From Candidatus Saccharimonadales bacterium (GTDB lineage: Bacteria > Patescibacteriota > Saccharimonadia > Saccharimonadales > JANWIN01), in assembly GCA_025449905.1 (NCBI GenBank), contig JANWIN010000008.1, positions 4,642 through 68,641 on the forward strand: a DNA stretch of 64,000 nt, in the 5' to 3' direction. The position numbers and the translations under genes are program-made. Below are positions 47,038-57,588 of this stretch, piece by piece. The notes under the pieces were generated by a model that saw only the letters and a program-made list of their open reading frames with translations, was not told the origin of the DNA and did not search any database. The number at the start of each line of letters is the position of its first letter. Within the stretch, counting starts at the first letter, position 1.

Positions 47038-47651
47038 TGCCCGATAAGGTTCTGCCACCCGCGTTACTTGAATTAATTGAGGCTTTATCGGCTTTGCCTG
47101 GTGTTGGTCCTAGGTCTGCTGAACGATATGCCTACTATTTGTTGCGCAGTGATCACTTAAATGCCGACCGGCTAGCTATAAGTCTAGAGAAACTGCATGC
47201 CGGCATTGACTACTGCCAGAAGACTTTTGCGTTGGTACCTAAGGGTCAAAAGCTTTCCAGTCTTTACACGGACAACGACCGTGACAAGCAACTAGTCGCG
47301 GTGGTAGCTGATCCGTTCGACATCGTTTCAATTGAAAAAACCAACGACTACAAAGGTACTTATCATGTGCTTGGTGGTTTAATATCACCAATTGATGATA
47401 TTAGCCCGGAGCAACTAAAAATACGAGAGCTTATTAAGCGAGTTAAAGATGACAAGGTAAAAGAAATAATACTGGCTACCAATGCCAGCGTAGAGGGTGA
47501 GTCAACCGCTCTTTATATTCAGCAGCAACTTGTCGGGCTGAAGGTTAAATTAAGCCGTTTGGCACGAGGACTGCCAATCGGTGTTGATCTCGAATATGCC
47601 GATCAAATTACTTTGTCGCGTGCTTTAGAGGGCAGACAGACAATCAATTAG
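47037..47651 (+). CDS. recR: Recombination mediator RecR, Zn finger degenerate
   Basis: LPGVGPRSAER, YHVLGG, EGESTA, RLARGLP. Confidence 0.97.
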   Translation: MPDKVLPPALLELIEALSALPGVGPRSAERYAYYLLRSDHLNADRLAISLEKLHAGIDYCQKTFALVPKGQKLSSLYTDNDRDKQLVAVVADPFDIVSIEKTNDYKGTYHVLGGLISPIDDISPEQLKIRELIKRVKDDKVKEIILATNASVEGESTALYIQQQLVGLKVKLSRLARGLPIGVDLEYADQITLSRALEGRQTIN

Positions 47652-47669
47652 TCCGTTATAATAGAGAAA

Positions 47670-48677
47670 ATGAGCAAATACCCGGAAGCTGAGCAAATTC
47701 AGACTATTTTAGATGGTGCTAAGACTATTGTAGTTATGCAGGCCGATAATCCAGATGGCGACAGCTTGGCGAGTAGCTTGGCACTGGAGCAAATCCTGGG
47801 TGACGCGGGCAAAGAAATCGTACTTTACTGCGGCGTTGATATTCCTTCGTATCTAACTTATTTGAAGGGCTGGGATAGAGTCACCAAGGATCTGCCAACA
47901 AATTTCGATTTAAGTATTGTAGTGGATGTCAGTGCTATTAGTTTGTTTGAGAACCTGCAGAAATCCGGTCAGCTGGGTTGGGTAGCCTCCAAGCCTTCAA
48001 TTATCATCGACCATCACGCTGTTGACGTCAGCATTCTTTTTGCTACTGTCATCTGTAATAAGCCGGCCGTAGCTACCGGCGAGGTTATATATGAACTGGC
48101 ACAGCAGCTAAAATGGCCCTTGAATGAGCAGGCTAAAAATATGCTGTCAATTTCGATTTTATCGGATAGTCTGGGCTTAATTAGCGAGGGTACAACGGCC
48201 CGCAGTATTCACATTATTGCAGAGCTTGTAGAAAGCGGCGTTAAGCTGGCGGAACTGGAAAATGCTCGCCGGGAAATGATGCGCAAATCCATCGAGCTAA
48301 TTCGTTACAAAGGCAAGCTGCTAGAGCGAATTGAGTACTTTAACGATAACCGCATAGCCGTAGTAACCATCCCATGGGAAGAAATTGAAAAATACAGCCA
48401 TGCCTATAATCCTTCAATGCTGGTTATTGACGATATGCGCCTAACCGAAGGCACCGACGTAGCGATTGCTTTTAAGCTGTACCGTGACGGCAAGGTTACG
48501 GCTAAAATACGCACCAACTATGGCAAGAATATTGCCGGTGACCTGGCCGCTCATTTTGGCGGCGGCGGCCACCCTTACGCCAGCGGTTTTAAGATAACTA
48601 GCGGCAAGAAATTTGATGAAGTTAAAAACGAAACGATTGAAGTAGCTGCTAAATTACTTGCTAAACTAGACGGGTAA
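47670..48677 (+). CDS. nrnA: DHH/DHHA1 phosphoesterase (NrnA-like)
   Basis: NPDGD, DHH, GGGGHPYASG. Confidence 0.88.
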   Translation: MSKYPEAEQIQTILDGAKTIVVMQADNPDGDSLASSLALEQILGDAGKEIVLYCGVDIPSYLTYLKGWDRVTKDLPTNFDLSIVVDVSAISLFENLQKSGQLGWVASKPSIIIDHHAVDVSILFATVICNKPAVATGEVIYELAQQLKWPLNEQAKNMLSISILSDSLGLISEGTTARSIHIIAELVESGVKLAELENARREMMRKSIELIRYKGKLLERIEYFNDNRIAVVTIPWEEIEKYSHAYNPSMLVIDDMRLTEGTDVAIAFKLYRDGKVTAKIRTNYGKNIAGDLAAHFGGGGHPYASGFKITSGKKFDEVKNETIEVAAKLLAKLDG

Positions 48678-48679
48678 TT

Positions 48680-49567
48680 ATGATTAACATACCTACAAAG
48701 AAGTTAAAAAATGGCTTTGAGCTTCCAGTCTACGGATTGGGACTTTGGCAGGTAGGTGGTCGCTACGAGCCAGATACAAGCCACGATAAAGAAGAAATAG
48801 ACGCAATCCGTTTTGCGCTTGATAGTGGCATCACACATATTGATACTGCTGAAGGCTATGCTAGAGGCCATTCGGAAGAATTGCTGGGACAAGCCATTAC
48901 AGGCTATGACAGAAAAAAGCTAATAATTGCTACAAAGGTCTCTGGAACTAATCAGTCATACAAAGATCTAGGTCAATCCTGTGAAGCAAGCTTAAAACGA
49001 CTTGGAGTTGACTATATAGATTTGTATTTGCTGCACCGTTACCCGGAGGCTGGCATACCAATTGCAGATACCATGAGAGCTATGGATGAACTTGTCGAAC
49101 GCGGTTTAGTTAAGAATATTGGCGTATGTAATCTAACACCTCGACGATTTGCTGAGGCGCAAAAACACACTAAAAATAAATTAGTCTGTAATCAGGTTCA
49201 TTACAATGTTCAGTATCGTGAAATGGAAGAAACCGGCGTCCTGAAGTACTGCCAGGAAAATGATGTTATGTTAGTTGCCTGGCGTCCCTTACAAAAAGGA
49301 TCTTTGCCAAAGTCAATGTTATTAGAAGAGCTTGCAAGGAGGTATAAAAAAACGGTCCCTCAAGTAGTAATAAATTGGCTTATCTCGCAGCAAAAAGTAG
49401 TTACGCTTGCTAAAACCAGTAACATCGACCATCTAAAAGAAAACCTGGGAGCGGTAGATTGGAGCTTAGAACCAGATGACGTAGAGAAAATCCGTAAAGA
49501 TTTTCCCGATCAAAAGTTAGTTTCTGATGCATTTGCCTTAAACTATAAGGCAGATATCAAGCCATGA
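48680..49567 (+). CDS. Aldo/keto reductase
   Basis: IDTAEGY, ATK, YIDLYLLH, IGVCN, NQV. Confidence 0.94.
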   Translation: MINIPTKKLKNGFELPVYGLGLWQVGGRYEPDTSHDKEEIDAIRFALDSGITHIDTAEGYARGHSEELLGQAITGYDRKKLIIATKVSGTNQSYKDLGQSCEASLKRLGVDYIDLYLLHRYPEAGIPIADTMRAMDELVERGLVKNIGVCNLTPRRFAEAQKHTKNKLVCNQVHYNVQYREMEETGVLKYCQENDVMLVAWRPLQKGSLPKSMLLEELARRYKKTVPQVVINWLISQQKVVTLAKTSNIDHLKENLGAVDWSLEPDDVEKIRKDFPDQKLVSDAFALNYKADIKP

Positions 49568-50949
49568 AGCTATACAACAGCCTAAGTAGAAAAGCTGAAG
49601 AAATTATGCCCATCCAAGATGGTCAAGTTGGTTTATATACCTGCGGGCCGACAGTTTATGACCATGTTCATATTGGCAATCTTAGAACATATATTAATGA
49701 AGATATACTAAGGCGAACTCTTAAAGCCAACGGGCTAAAAGTTAAGCATGTTATGAACATCACTGATATTGAAGACAAGATTTTTGCTCGCTCAAAAGAA
49801 ACAAATAAGCCGTATAAAGAATTAACCAGCCATTTTGAAAAAGTTTTCTTAGATGACGTTAAACGAGTCGGCATTGATCTTAGCGAATCCACCTTAGTTC
49901 GGGCCAGCGAAGCTATTGAGGACATGCAACAAGTCATTATTAAGATTCCTAATAAGTACGTAGCCGAGGACGGCATATATTTTGATATTGCTAAGTATCC
50001 AGAATATGGGGTTTTTGTAAAATTGGACCGCAGTCACAGTCACCACCGTATTAATAATGATGAGTACGATAAAGAACATGTCGCTGACTTTGCGCTTTGG
50101 AAAGCCAAGCAACCAGATGAGCCCAGCTGGGACTTTGAAGTTGATGGGCGAAATATCGAAGGCCGGCCGGGCTGGCACATTGAGTGCTCGGCAATGTCAG
50201 CAAAGCACTTAGGCCAGCCCTTTGACATACACACCGGCGGCGTCGACTTAAAGTTTCCGCACCACGAAAACGAAGTGGCCCAAAGCCACTCAGCTAGTGG
50301 CAAGAAACTAGCCAATTACTGGGTACATTCCGAGCATTTGCTGGTAGATGGTAAAAAAATGAGCAAAAGTCTGAAAAATTTCTACACCTTAGCTGATGTT
50401 ATTGATAAGGGTTTTGACCCGCTGGCGCTGCGTCTTTTGGTCCTCCAGGCACATTACCGAACGGAGGCCCATTTTACCTGGGACAACCTAGAGGCCGCTC
50501 AGAATCGCCTAAATGATTATCGGGCAATGGCCGCTTTGCGCTGGCAGCCCAGAAAGCACCTGAAGGATGCTAGTACCTACATTTTGAGGGACATTCCCAA
50601 GCAGTTCGCTGCCATTTTAGCCAACGACCTTGATACCCCCGGCGCCCTAAGCCTTCTCAGCAATATTGCTACTCAGCTTGGTGCTTTAGATCTTGATTCC
50701 GAAAATGCCAACCGCTATAACAACGTCCAGGATTTTACTAAACTATTAGAATTTTTGGATGATCTACTAGGACTTAAATTAATGAATGTTGATGACATTT
50801 CTGACGAGCAAAAAGACTTTATAAACCAGCGTGAAAAGGCTCGCGAGGACAAAGATTGGACTAAAGCTGACGAGCTGAGAAAACAACTAGAAGAAGCTAA
50901 AATTGGTCTAAATGATACAGATCATGGGGTTATTTGGTATCCGCTGTAG
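49564..50949 (+). CDS. cysS: Cysteine--tRNA ligase
   Basis: CGPTVY..HIGN, GRPGWHIECS, FPHHENE, KMSKS. Confidence 0.98.
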   Translation: MKLYNSLSRKAEEIMPIQDGQVGLYTCGPTVYDHVHIGNLRTYINEDILRRTLKANGLKVKHVMNITDIEDKIFARSKETNKPYKELTSHFEKVFLDDVKRVGIDLSESTLVRASEAIEDMQQVIIKIPNKYVAEDGIYFDIAKYPEYGVFVKLDRSHSHHRINNDEYDKEHVADFALWKAKQPDEPSWDFEVDGRNIEGRPGWHIECSAMSAKHLGQPFDIHTGGVDLKFPHHENEVAQSHSASGKKLANYWVHSEHLLVDGKKMSKSLKNFYTLADVIDKGFDPLALRLLVLQAHYRTEAHFTWDNLEAAQNRLNDYRAMAALRWQPRKHLKDASTYILRDIPKQFAAILANDLDTPGALSLLSNIATQLGALDLDSENANRYNNVQDFTKLLEFLDDLLGLKLMNVDDISDEQKDFINQREKAREDKDWTKADELRKQLEEAKIGLNDTDHGVIWYPL

Positions 50950-52057
50950 GAGCGGTCGTTGAAACTTCGGCTGGATCCATCAATTTGCGGCGCTGGATAA
51001 AATCCAACACCAAAACCCTAAGACAGCCAGCCACTGGAATGGCTATCAGACCACCAATTAAGCCGTTCAAGCTGGCACCAATTAAGACAGCTGTGAAAAC
51101 CAACAGTGGGGACATATTTGTAGCATTAGCCTGAATCCGGGGTTGGACTAAGTAATTTTCTATTTGCTGGTAGGCCACATAATAGACAAAAATCACTGCG
51201 CCGGCAGTTACGGAGTGGAGCAGAGCAATAATACTTACCACAATGGCACCTATGGTATGGCCAACCAATGGAATCAAACCGAAGATAAAAACCAGCACCA
51301 TTAGCGCTACCGGGTAGCTAACGTGTAATATCTGCAGCGGCACAAAGATAAATATTGCCGCTAAGGTAGCTAATATCAACTGGCCGTTGACGTAGCCGCG
51401 CACGACGTTGTACATATCTTTAGCCAGCTTTGCGGTATGGTCGCGGTGAACACGGGGCACCAAGCGGCGGCTCACATCAATCCAACGCGGTCCTTCCAGT
51501 AGCATCATAAATGTTAATACAATAATGGCTAGCACCGCAAAAATACTGCTAGTAATTTTTGAAATCGTCCCTACAAGCGAGCCGCTTAAATGTCCAAGAC
51601 GATCGGAAATTTGATCCGACAGCTTATCGACTTCATCTTCAAGTTTATGCTCTCTAACAAAACGGCCTAGGCTGGAGTTTTGGTCGCGCAAATCTTCCAC
51701 TAATCCTGGTGCTGCATCAATAAAGTTATTGGTCTGCTTTACGAGCGGCGGAATAATAATCGCAAAAAACGCTGTAAAGGCGAAAACTACGGCAACAAAT
51801 GACAAAGTTATAGCTATGGTGCGGTTTCCACGTTTTTTTCCGGGTAAATGCTGGCTCAGGCGGTGAACCGGTTCGTTAAGGGCTAAGGCTAGAATAAAAG
51901 CCACCAGTATAAGAGTTAGGGCGTAGTGTGCCTGTTTAATGGCGGCTAGAACTAGCAACGAACCAAGTATCACGGCAACAACTCTAAAAATTGTCTTAGT
52001 CGAAACAGTTACTTCAACATGTCGTTGTTTTTTATTTTCGCTAAACCAACCCAGCAT
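50930..52057 (-). CDS. AI-2E/PerM-family membrane transporter
   Basis: YVNGQL, LIPLVG, QQIEN..QP, AIPVA. Confidence 0.9.
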   Translation of the reverse strand: MLGWFSENKKQRHVEVTVSTKTIFRVVAVILGSLLVLAAIKQAHYALTLILVAFILALALNEPVHRLSQHLPGKKRGNRTIAITLSFVAVVFAFTAFFAIIIPPLVKQTNNFIDAAPGLVEDLRDQNSSLGRFVREHKLEDEVDKLSDQISDRLGHLSGSLVGTISKITSSIFAVLAIIVLTFMMLLEGPRWIDVSRRLVPRVHRDHTAKLAKDMYNVVRGYVNGQLILATLAAIFIFVPLQILHVSYPVALMVLVFIFGLIPLVGHTIGAIVVSIIALLHSVTAGAVIFVYYVAYQQIENYLVQPRIQANATNMSPLLVFTAVLIGASLNGLIGGLIAIPVAGCLRVLVLDFIQRRKLMDPAEVSTTAPTADTK

Positions 52058-52143
52058 AGTTTTATTATCTCACGCTCCGTCAGTCTTGCAATGCCTAACT
52101 GTTATATTAATGTCAAAAATGGTATAGTAGGCGTTTAAGACTT

Positions 52144-53094
52144 ATGGAGCAGGTAAATTTTCTCAATAATTCGGGAATGCTAAAGGTTTCCGGTGGGCAC
52201 CATCTTTACTGGGAAGATTGGGGTAACAAACAATCCAAAGTACCTATCTTTTATTTACACGGTGGTCCAGGTGAGGGTTTTAAGGCTAAAGATGGGCTAA
52301 TGTTTGATCCGAAGAATCAACGCATTATATTTTATGATCAGCGCGGATCCGGCAAGAGTAGGCCCTACGCCAGTCTAAAAAATAACACAACCCAGGATTT
52401 AGTAGACGATATAGATCGTATACGGAAACATTTAAACATCGGGGTTATACACTTAGCTGGCGGTTCTTGGGGATCAACTTTAGCTTTAAATTATGCAACC
52501 GCTAATCCCGAGGTTGTTCAGAAAATGTTGCTTTGGGGTATTTTTCTTGGACGAGAGGAAGATATTAACTATCTCTACCAAGGTGAGGGTCACAAGTTCA
52601 ACTTTCCTGACGTTTGGCAGAGATACGTTGACATGGTTCCGCAAATGGAACGCTCAAATATTGCGGCTTATTACACAAAACAACTGGAGCATAGAGATCC
52701 GGCAGTCCGACAGCGTTATGTCAACGAGTGGTTGCTTTATGAAAATTCGCTACTCGAGATTGACAGCAAAATCGAAAGAAAAATCCTAGAATCAGACCTA
52801 AAGGATGACCCCTACGCGCTAGCCTTCGCCAAACTTGAAGCTCACTATGGTGCAAATAAGTATTTCATGTCTGAAAACCATCTTCTAAAGAATGCTAAAG
52901 TTTTACGCCATATTCCCATCATCTTAGTTCACGGGCGATTCGATTTTGTCTGCCCCCTAAGCGGTGCCTTTGAATTACAAAAGGAAATTGGCGATAATTC
53001 ATATCTTCATATAGTTCCAGCAGGGCATGCCAGAAGTGATGCAGTCTATCGTGAGGTTGTAAAAGCCTACGCTCGCAGTTTTTTATTGAGCTGA
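52144..53094 (+). CDS. pip: Proline iminopeptidase (S33)
   Basis: HGGPG, DQRGSGKS, GGSWGSTL, GRFD. Confidence 0.9.
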   Translation: MEQVNFLNNSGMLKVSGGHHLYWEDWGNKQSKVPIFYLHGGPGEGFKAKDGLMFDPKNQRIIFYDQRGSGKSRPYASLKNNTTQDLVDDIDRIRKHLNIGVIHLAGGSWGSTLALNYATANPEVVQKMLLWGIFLGREEDINYLYQGEGHKFNFPDVWQRYVDMVPQMERSNIAAYYTKQLEHRDPAVRQRYVNEWLLYENSLLEIDSKIERKILESDLKDDPYALAFAKLEAHYGANKYFMSENHLLKNAKVLRHIPIILVHGRFDFVCPLSGAFELQKEIGDNSYLHIVPAGHARSDAVYREVVKAYARSFLLS

Positions 53095-53999
53095 GTTCGT
53101 AGTTTAACCGGTAGTAACTTAGTTAGCTCTTTTTGATTACTCATCAGAACGGTCGAGGGCTGACTGGATTTGACGCTTAGTCGAATAAAATCGTTATAAG
53201 TAACTCGCATATGTTGTTCGTGAGCGTGTCGATTGAACTTCTTGCCACCTGCACGGCTTATATGCCAAACCGGCAAGTCAATTTGGACTCTGCAGTTATC
53301 CAGCTTTAGCTGCTGCAAGACGCTGTAAAGGTAAGTTCTGGTGCTAGCCGCGCGCAGTTGTTTAGCCTCAACTTCGGCAAGGCTAGATTTTTCGACCACA
53401 TTTAGATTATTAAAGTCGTGACCTAGATTTTTTTGATAATATTTTTTTAATATCTTAGGTCTAAAAGCTAACTGCCTGATAAGCGGTGCGGTTACACGGG
53501 TGGAAAATATCTCAGTTAACATTGCAAGTAGGGCTTTATGCGATTTAGACATAACCAAGTCTTCATGGTGGGTAAAGCCCTCAACGCTAACAACCAAATC
53601 AACCCTTGATGCTATTTCTGGATGATTTTGTAGCATTCGAGTCAGCGCAACGAAGCCGAAGCCCCAGCCGACAACCGTTAATCGCCGTCTTTTATAGCGC
53701 AGCTTAACAATAGCTGCCAAATAATCGGCAAAGTTATTTATAGTAGGTTTTTGACCAATTTTATAAAAACTATCCATGCCGCCAACACCTGGTAGGTCTG
53801 GCACCGTAACGGATCCGTATTTATTGAGTAAAATTGCAACTTGGTGAATTTGCTCCAGGCTGCCAGGCATGTCGTAAACAAGCAAAATATCTCGACTCTT
53901 AGTGCCCTTAGCTGGCAATCGTAGCATTCGGCCGCTCATGCCGTTGACGTTCAAGGGTACTATAAATTTAACCGGTATATTAGAGATATACTCGTTCAT
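53067..53999 (-). CDS. Alpha/beta-hydrolase-fold protein, nucleophile Ser apparently absent
   Basis: PDLPGVGG; GWGFG where GxSxG is expected. Confidence 0.65.
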   Translation of the reverse strand: MNEYISNIPVKFIVPLNVNGMSGRMLRLPAKGTKSRDILLVYDMPGSLEQIHQVAILLNKYGSVTVPDLPGVGGMDSFYKIGQKPTINNFADYLAAIVKLRYKRRRLTVVGWGFGFVALTRMLQNHPEIASRVDLVVSVEGFTHHEDLVMSKSHKALLAMLTEIFSTRVTAPLIRQLAFRPKILKKYYQKNLGHDFNNLNVVEKSSLAEVEAKQLRAASTRTYLYSVLQQLKLDNCRVQIDLPVWHISRAGGKKFNRHAHEQHMRVTYNDFIRLSVKSSQPSTVLMSNQKELTKLLPVKLRTQLNKKLRA

Positions 54000-54091
54000 T
54001 TCTTTAAACTCTAAAGATAGATTACGATATCTTTGCAAAATCAGCAACATTCGCGTAAATAGCATAAGTTTAATGTTAGAGTATAGGGTAG

Positions 54092-54808
54092 GTGAAAAAG
54101 CACATTTTACTTGTACTGGCCGTTATCTTGGTTATCCTCGTTAGGCAGGTTGATTTTTTTAAGTTCAAAGATCATACTAATGGACCCAAAGTTTTTGATA
54201 AAACGACTCACTCTCTAAGTGACCCGGCAAGTCTCTGGATTATTGTTAATAAAAAGCGGCCACTTAACCCTCCTAATTACGAGCCAAACGATTTAACTAT
54301 GCCAAAAGTGCCTCTGCGCCGAGAGCCTAGTTCGGTCGAAATGAAGGTTAGGGCATCTGCTGCCAAAGCCATGGAAGAGCTATTTGATAGCGCTAAACAT
54401 GACGGCTTAAGCTTAGCTTTAGCCAGCGGCTACCGCTCTTATGATATGCAAAAAACAACGTACGATACTGAAGTTATTGGTTATGGTAAAAAGTTCGCTG
54501 ACACCGAAAGTGCTCGGCCAGGCTATAGCGAACATCAAACCGGCTGGGCGGCTGATGTTGGGCCTGAAAATGGCGAATGTGTGGTGCTGGACTGCTTTGC
54601 TAATACACCGGAGGGTAAGTGGTTAGCAATACACGCCTGGCAGCACGGTTTTGTAATTCGCTATCGGCAAAGCACTAAAGCTATTGTCGGTTATAAGTAC
54701 GAGCCTTGGCACATCAGGTACGTCGGTAAAGAACTAGCCAATGAGATTCACAAAACCAATCTGACATTAGAGCAATTTTTTGATTTACCAGCTGCACCCA
54801 ACTACTAA
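54092..54808 (+). CDS. M15B D-Ala-D-Ala carboxypeptidase (VanY/LdcB-like)
   Basis: SGYRSY..Q, SARPGYSEHQTG..D, EPWHIRYVG. Confidence 0.93.
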   Translation: MKKHILLVLAVILVILVRQVDFFKFKDHTNGPKVFDKTTHSLSDPASLWIIVNKKRPLNPPNYEPNDLTMPKVPLRREPSSVEMKVRASAAKAMEELFDSAKHDGLSLALASGYRSYDMQKTTYDTEVIGYGKKFADTESARPGYSEHQTGWAADVGPENGECVVLDCFANTPEGKWLAIHAWQHGFVIRYRQSTKAIVGYKYEPWHIRYVGKELANEIHKTNLTLEQFFDLPAAPNY

Positions 54809-54810
54809 CG

Positions 54811-54884
54811 TGGCTTCGGGACTAGGATTCGAACCTAGATTGCCGGGACCAAAACCCGGTGTCCTACCATTAGACGATCCCGAA
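54811..54884 (-). tRNA. tRNA-Gln(TTG)
   Basis: Reverse complement: CCGGG-TT-TTG-GT-CCCGG, GTTCGAATC, CCA. Confidence 0.96.
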
Positions 54885-54996
54885 ATACTCTAACTATTCT
54901 GCCAGATAATCATCAGCTAATCTACAGTGTGAAAATAATTACTGCGCGATAAGTCATAAAACTGTATGATTTGGACTGTTAAAAAGGAGTGTTTTT

Positions 54997-55152
54997 ATGG
55001 CTAAATATGGCGCAAAAGCTCAGCAGAAGGTTAAAAAGAATTTGCATGAGCATAAACATGAGGGTAAATTTCAAAGCCGCAAGCAAGCTATAGCGGCCGG
55101 CTTAAACCAAGCTCGGAAAGCCGGCGGCAAAGTTCCGGCCAATAAAAGCTAG
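54997..55152 (+). CDS. Small basic protein, DUF6496-like (not in ORF track)
   Basis: MAKYGAKAQQKVKK..SRKQAIAAGLNQARKAGGKVP; AAGGAG SD. Confidence 0.75.
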   Translation: MAKYGAKAQQKVKKNLHEHKHEGKFQSRKQAIAAGLNQARKAGGKVPANKS

Positions 55153-55224
55153 TATTAACTTTTAGATTGACAAAAGTAAACGCACAGCTAATAATCAACC
55201 TTATAAATTAACGGAGGTTTTATT

Positions 55225-55632
55225 ATGGCAACAACTAAAGAACCGACCGGCTGGATTGGCTGGGTTGGTTTTGCAAGTTTTATGCTACTGCTGGGCGGTA
55301 TGTTCGCACTACTCGCCGGCGTTGTAGCATTGTTCAAGGACACTACGGTCTATAACTCGGCAACCAACAATGCCTTTATTTTGAGTTATGACCAGTGGGG
55401 CTGGGCGCACATCCTAATCGGCTTATTGGCTGTTTGGGCTGGTTCGTCACTGATGCGAGGTGGTATGTACGGTAGAATTATTGCTGTTTTGGTAGCGTTG
55501 GTAAGTGCCGTGGTTAATGTGGCATTCATTCCTGTCTATCCAATCTGGGCAACAATCATCGTCGTAGTAGATGTACTTGTGATTTTTGCGGTGACGGTTC
55601 ATGGTAGGGAAATGAAGGGCTTAAGCGAATAA
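55225..55632 (+). CDS. Four-TM hypothetical membrane protein
   Basis: GWVGFA.., WGWAH, F.PVYP.W. Confidence 0.8.
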   Translation: MATTKEPTGWIGWVGFASFMLLLGGMFALLAGVVALFKDTTVYNSATNNAFILSYDQWGWAHILIGLLAVWAGSSLMRGGMYGRIIAVLVALVSAVVNVAFIPVYPIWATIIVVVDVLVIFAVTVHGREMKGLSE

Positions 55633-55651
55633 TAGCTTTTCAACTATAAAC

Positions 55652-55684
55652 AAAATGGGTCCAGAGAAATCCGGACCTATTTTA
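55652..55684. terminator. Bidirectional terminator between convergent genes
   Basis: AAAATGGGTCC..GGACCTATTTT. Confidence 0.65.
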
Positions 55685-55697
55685 ATTTTAACGAGGT

Positions 55698-57470
55698 TTA
55701 ATTCCAGCGAACGTCGTCGATGTAAGCCAAAATACCAGCGTTAGCACTGTTTATTATCTGTAGACTAGCCGATTTAACGTTAGCTGAACTGGCTACGTAT
55801 TTAACCACCACGTTGCCTTTGCCAACAGCGTGAACAGTAGCCTTGTACTGGCCGGAAATCCACTGGCCATTGGCGTCATACTCATCAATGTAAAAACCTA
55901 CGCCGCTGCTAGTGGTAGTAACTTTTTTAGCATTAACGTAGGTAGAGATAGTGTATGTCTGGCCGTAATTTATGCCGATTTTAGAGGAAAACAGGTGCGT
56001 ACTTTTAGTTCCAGAGACAAACTTTACCGAGTTGACCGGGTTGGCCGGGCTGCCATTATTTAAACTATCAGCTGTAATATTGGCTGGACCATCGGTAGTC
56101 CAACCGCCGCTAATGCCAGCGTCAAAGCTGCCATTTGGTATAAAAGTCACTCCAGATGGAGGCGTTGGGGCGGTTGAATATAGCGGAAACCATTGGCTAT
56201 TGTCCAAGTAGGCGGTAATGCCCGAGTTGCCAGTCACGTAAACTTGTAAGCTAGCAGACTTAACATCATCGGAAGTCGGCTTATAGCTAAAGTTCATTTC
56301 CTCTACAAAGACGCTTTTTTCAGCGGCCTTGAATTGGCCGGATACCCAGTTGCCAAAACCGTCATATTCATCAATGTAAAAACCAACTTCGCCGCCAGAC
56401 AGCTGGGCAACATTTAAGAAGTTTTTAAGCATGTAGGTAGTATCAGGGTCTACTTCAACTTGTGGTGAGAACAAATGGCCGGTTTGCGAGTCAGCAGTCA
56501 GTTTAACCGCGTTGGCCGGGTCAGGATAACTGCCATTATTAGCACTGTCAGCAGTAATGCCGGTTGGGCTGTCGGTAGACCATCCATCCCCTAAGCCATT
56601 ATTAAAACTCGGGTTGGCTAACAGATTAACGTCACTGCGTACCAGTCCATCGTTGACTTTAACAACGTTAATATTCTTGGATTTAACATAAGCCGCCACT
56701 TGATCTAGATTGCCAGTGCTGTATTCATAATCGTCGGCTCTGGTACTGGCCTTGGTTTTAATGTCATGGAAAACTAAAACCAACCACTGATTGTTAGCGG
56801 CCGCGGCATCTACGTAGCCTTTGATAGTCGCCACGCTGGTTTGGCCGGAAACTGTCTGGACTTTCAGGAAGTAATCGCTATTGGGCCAGCTGTTATAGCC
56901 AACGTCGTTAAAACCGCGCTGGCTAGAGTAATACTTGGCAATTTCAGCTAGAATCTTTGGACTATAGTCGCCGTAAGGGGTAGAGAAGTTTGCGGCGTTG
57001 ATGCCGTGAGCGCTTAGCGCTGCTTTGCTTTGACTTAATTCATTGGTTACTTGATCAGGGGTTAAGACATTTGGCTGGCCTTCAGCCGGGTCACTTGTAG
57101 CTAACAACGGGTGACTGACGGTATGCGAGCCAATTTCCCAACCATAGCTATTTTGCAGTTGGGTTATTTGAGCCCAAGTCAGATAAGTCTTGTCTGAGTC
57201 AGCCTTACAGGCATTGCGGATTTTAGTCATGCCAACGCAGTTAGTGATAACGTAATCGGTGCCCACAAAGCCGTACTTAGCCAGGGTCGGTGCCGCCGTA
57301 GTTAAAGCGCTGGTGTAGCCATCATCAAAGGTAAAAGATACTTTAGCGGCTGGCACTGCATTGATAGTTAGGGCCGAAGCTCGCAAAGGAGTAGCAATCA
57401 ATAGAAGGCTCCAGACAGCGGCGACACTTAGGATAGACAGCTTGCGGGCTTTTTGGTTGTTTGGTTGCAT
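55698..57470 (-). CDS. Secreted CE4 polysaccharide deacetylase with two tandem carbohydrate-binding-like domains
   Basis: Signal peptide; TFDDG, HTVSH, PYG, VFHD; repeated VGFYIDEYD..G.W.SGQ.KA. Confidence 0.88.
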   Translation of the reverse strand: MQPNNQKARKLSILSVAAVWSLLLIATPLRASALTINAVPAAKVSFTFDDGYTSALTTAAPTLAKYGFVGTDYVITNCVGMTKIRNACKADSDKTYLTWAQITQLQNSYGWEIGSHTVSHPLLATSDPAEGQPNVLTPDQVTNELSQSKAALSAHGINAANFSTPYGDYSPKILAEIAKYYSSQRGFNDVGYNSWPNSDYFLKVQTVSGQTSVATIKGYVDAAAANNQWLVLVFHDIKTKASTRADDYEYSTGNLDQVAAYVKSKNINVVKVNDGLVRSDVNLLANPSFNNGLGDGWSTDSPTGITADSANNGSYPDPANAVKLTADSQTGHLFSPQVEVDPDTTYMLKNFLNVAQLSGGEVGFYIDEYDGFGNWVSGQFKAAEKSVFVEEMNFSYKPTSDDVKSASLQVYVTGNSGITAYLDNSQWFPLYSTAPTPPSGVTFIPNGSFDAGISGGWTTDGPANITADSLNNGSPANPVNSVKFVSGTKSTHLFSSKIGINYGQTYTISTYVNAKKVTTTSSGVGFYIDEYDANGQWISGQYKATVHAVGKGNVVVKYVASSANVKSASLQIINSANAGILAYIDDVRWN

Positions 57471-57588
57471 AGTAGTAAGATTTTTCCTTAAAACCCCACG
57501 TTTATCGTTAGTATACAATACTTGTGCATTATTAGCAATACTATGACGCTTAGCTTTATTGGTCGCTGCGCAGGAGACGTTCATCAGC

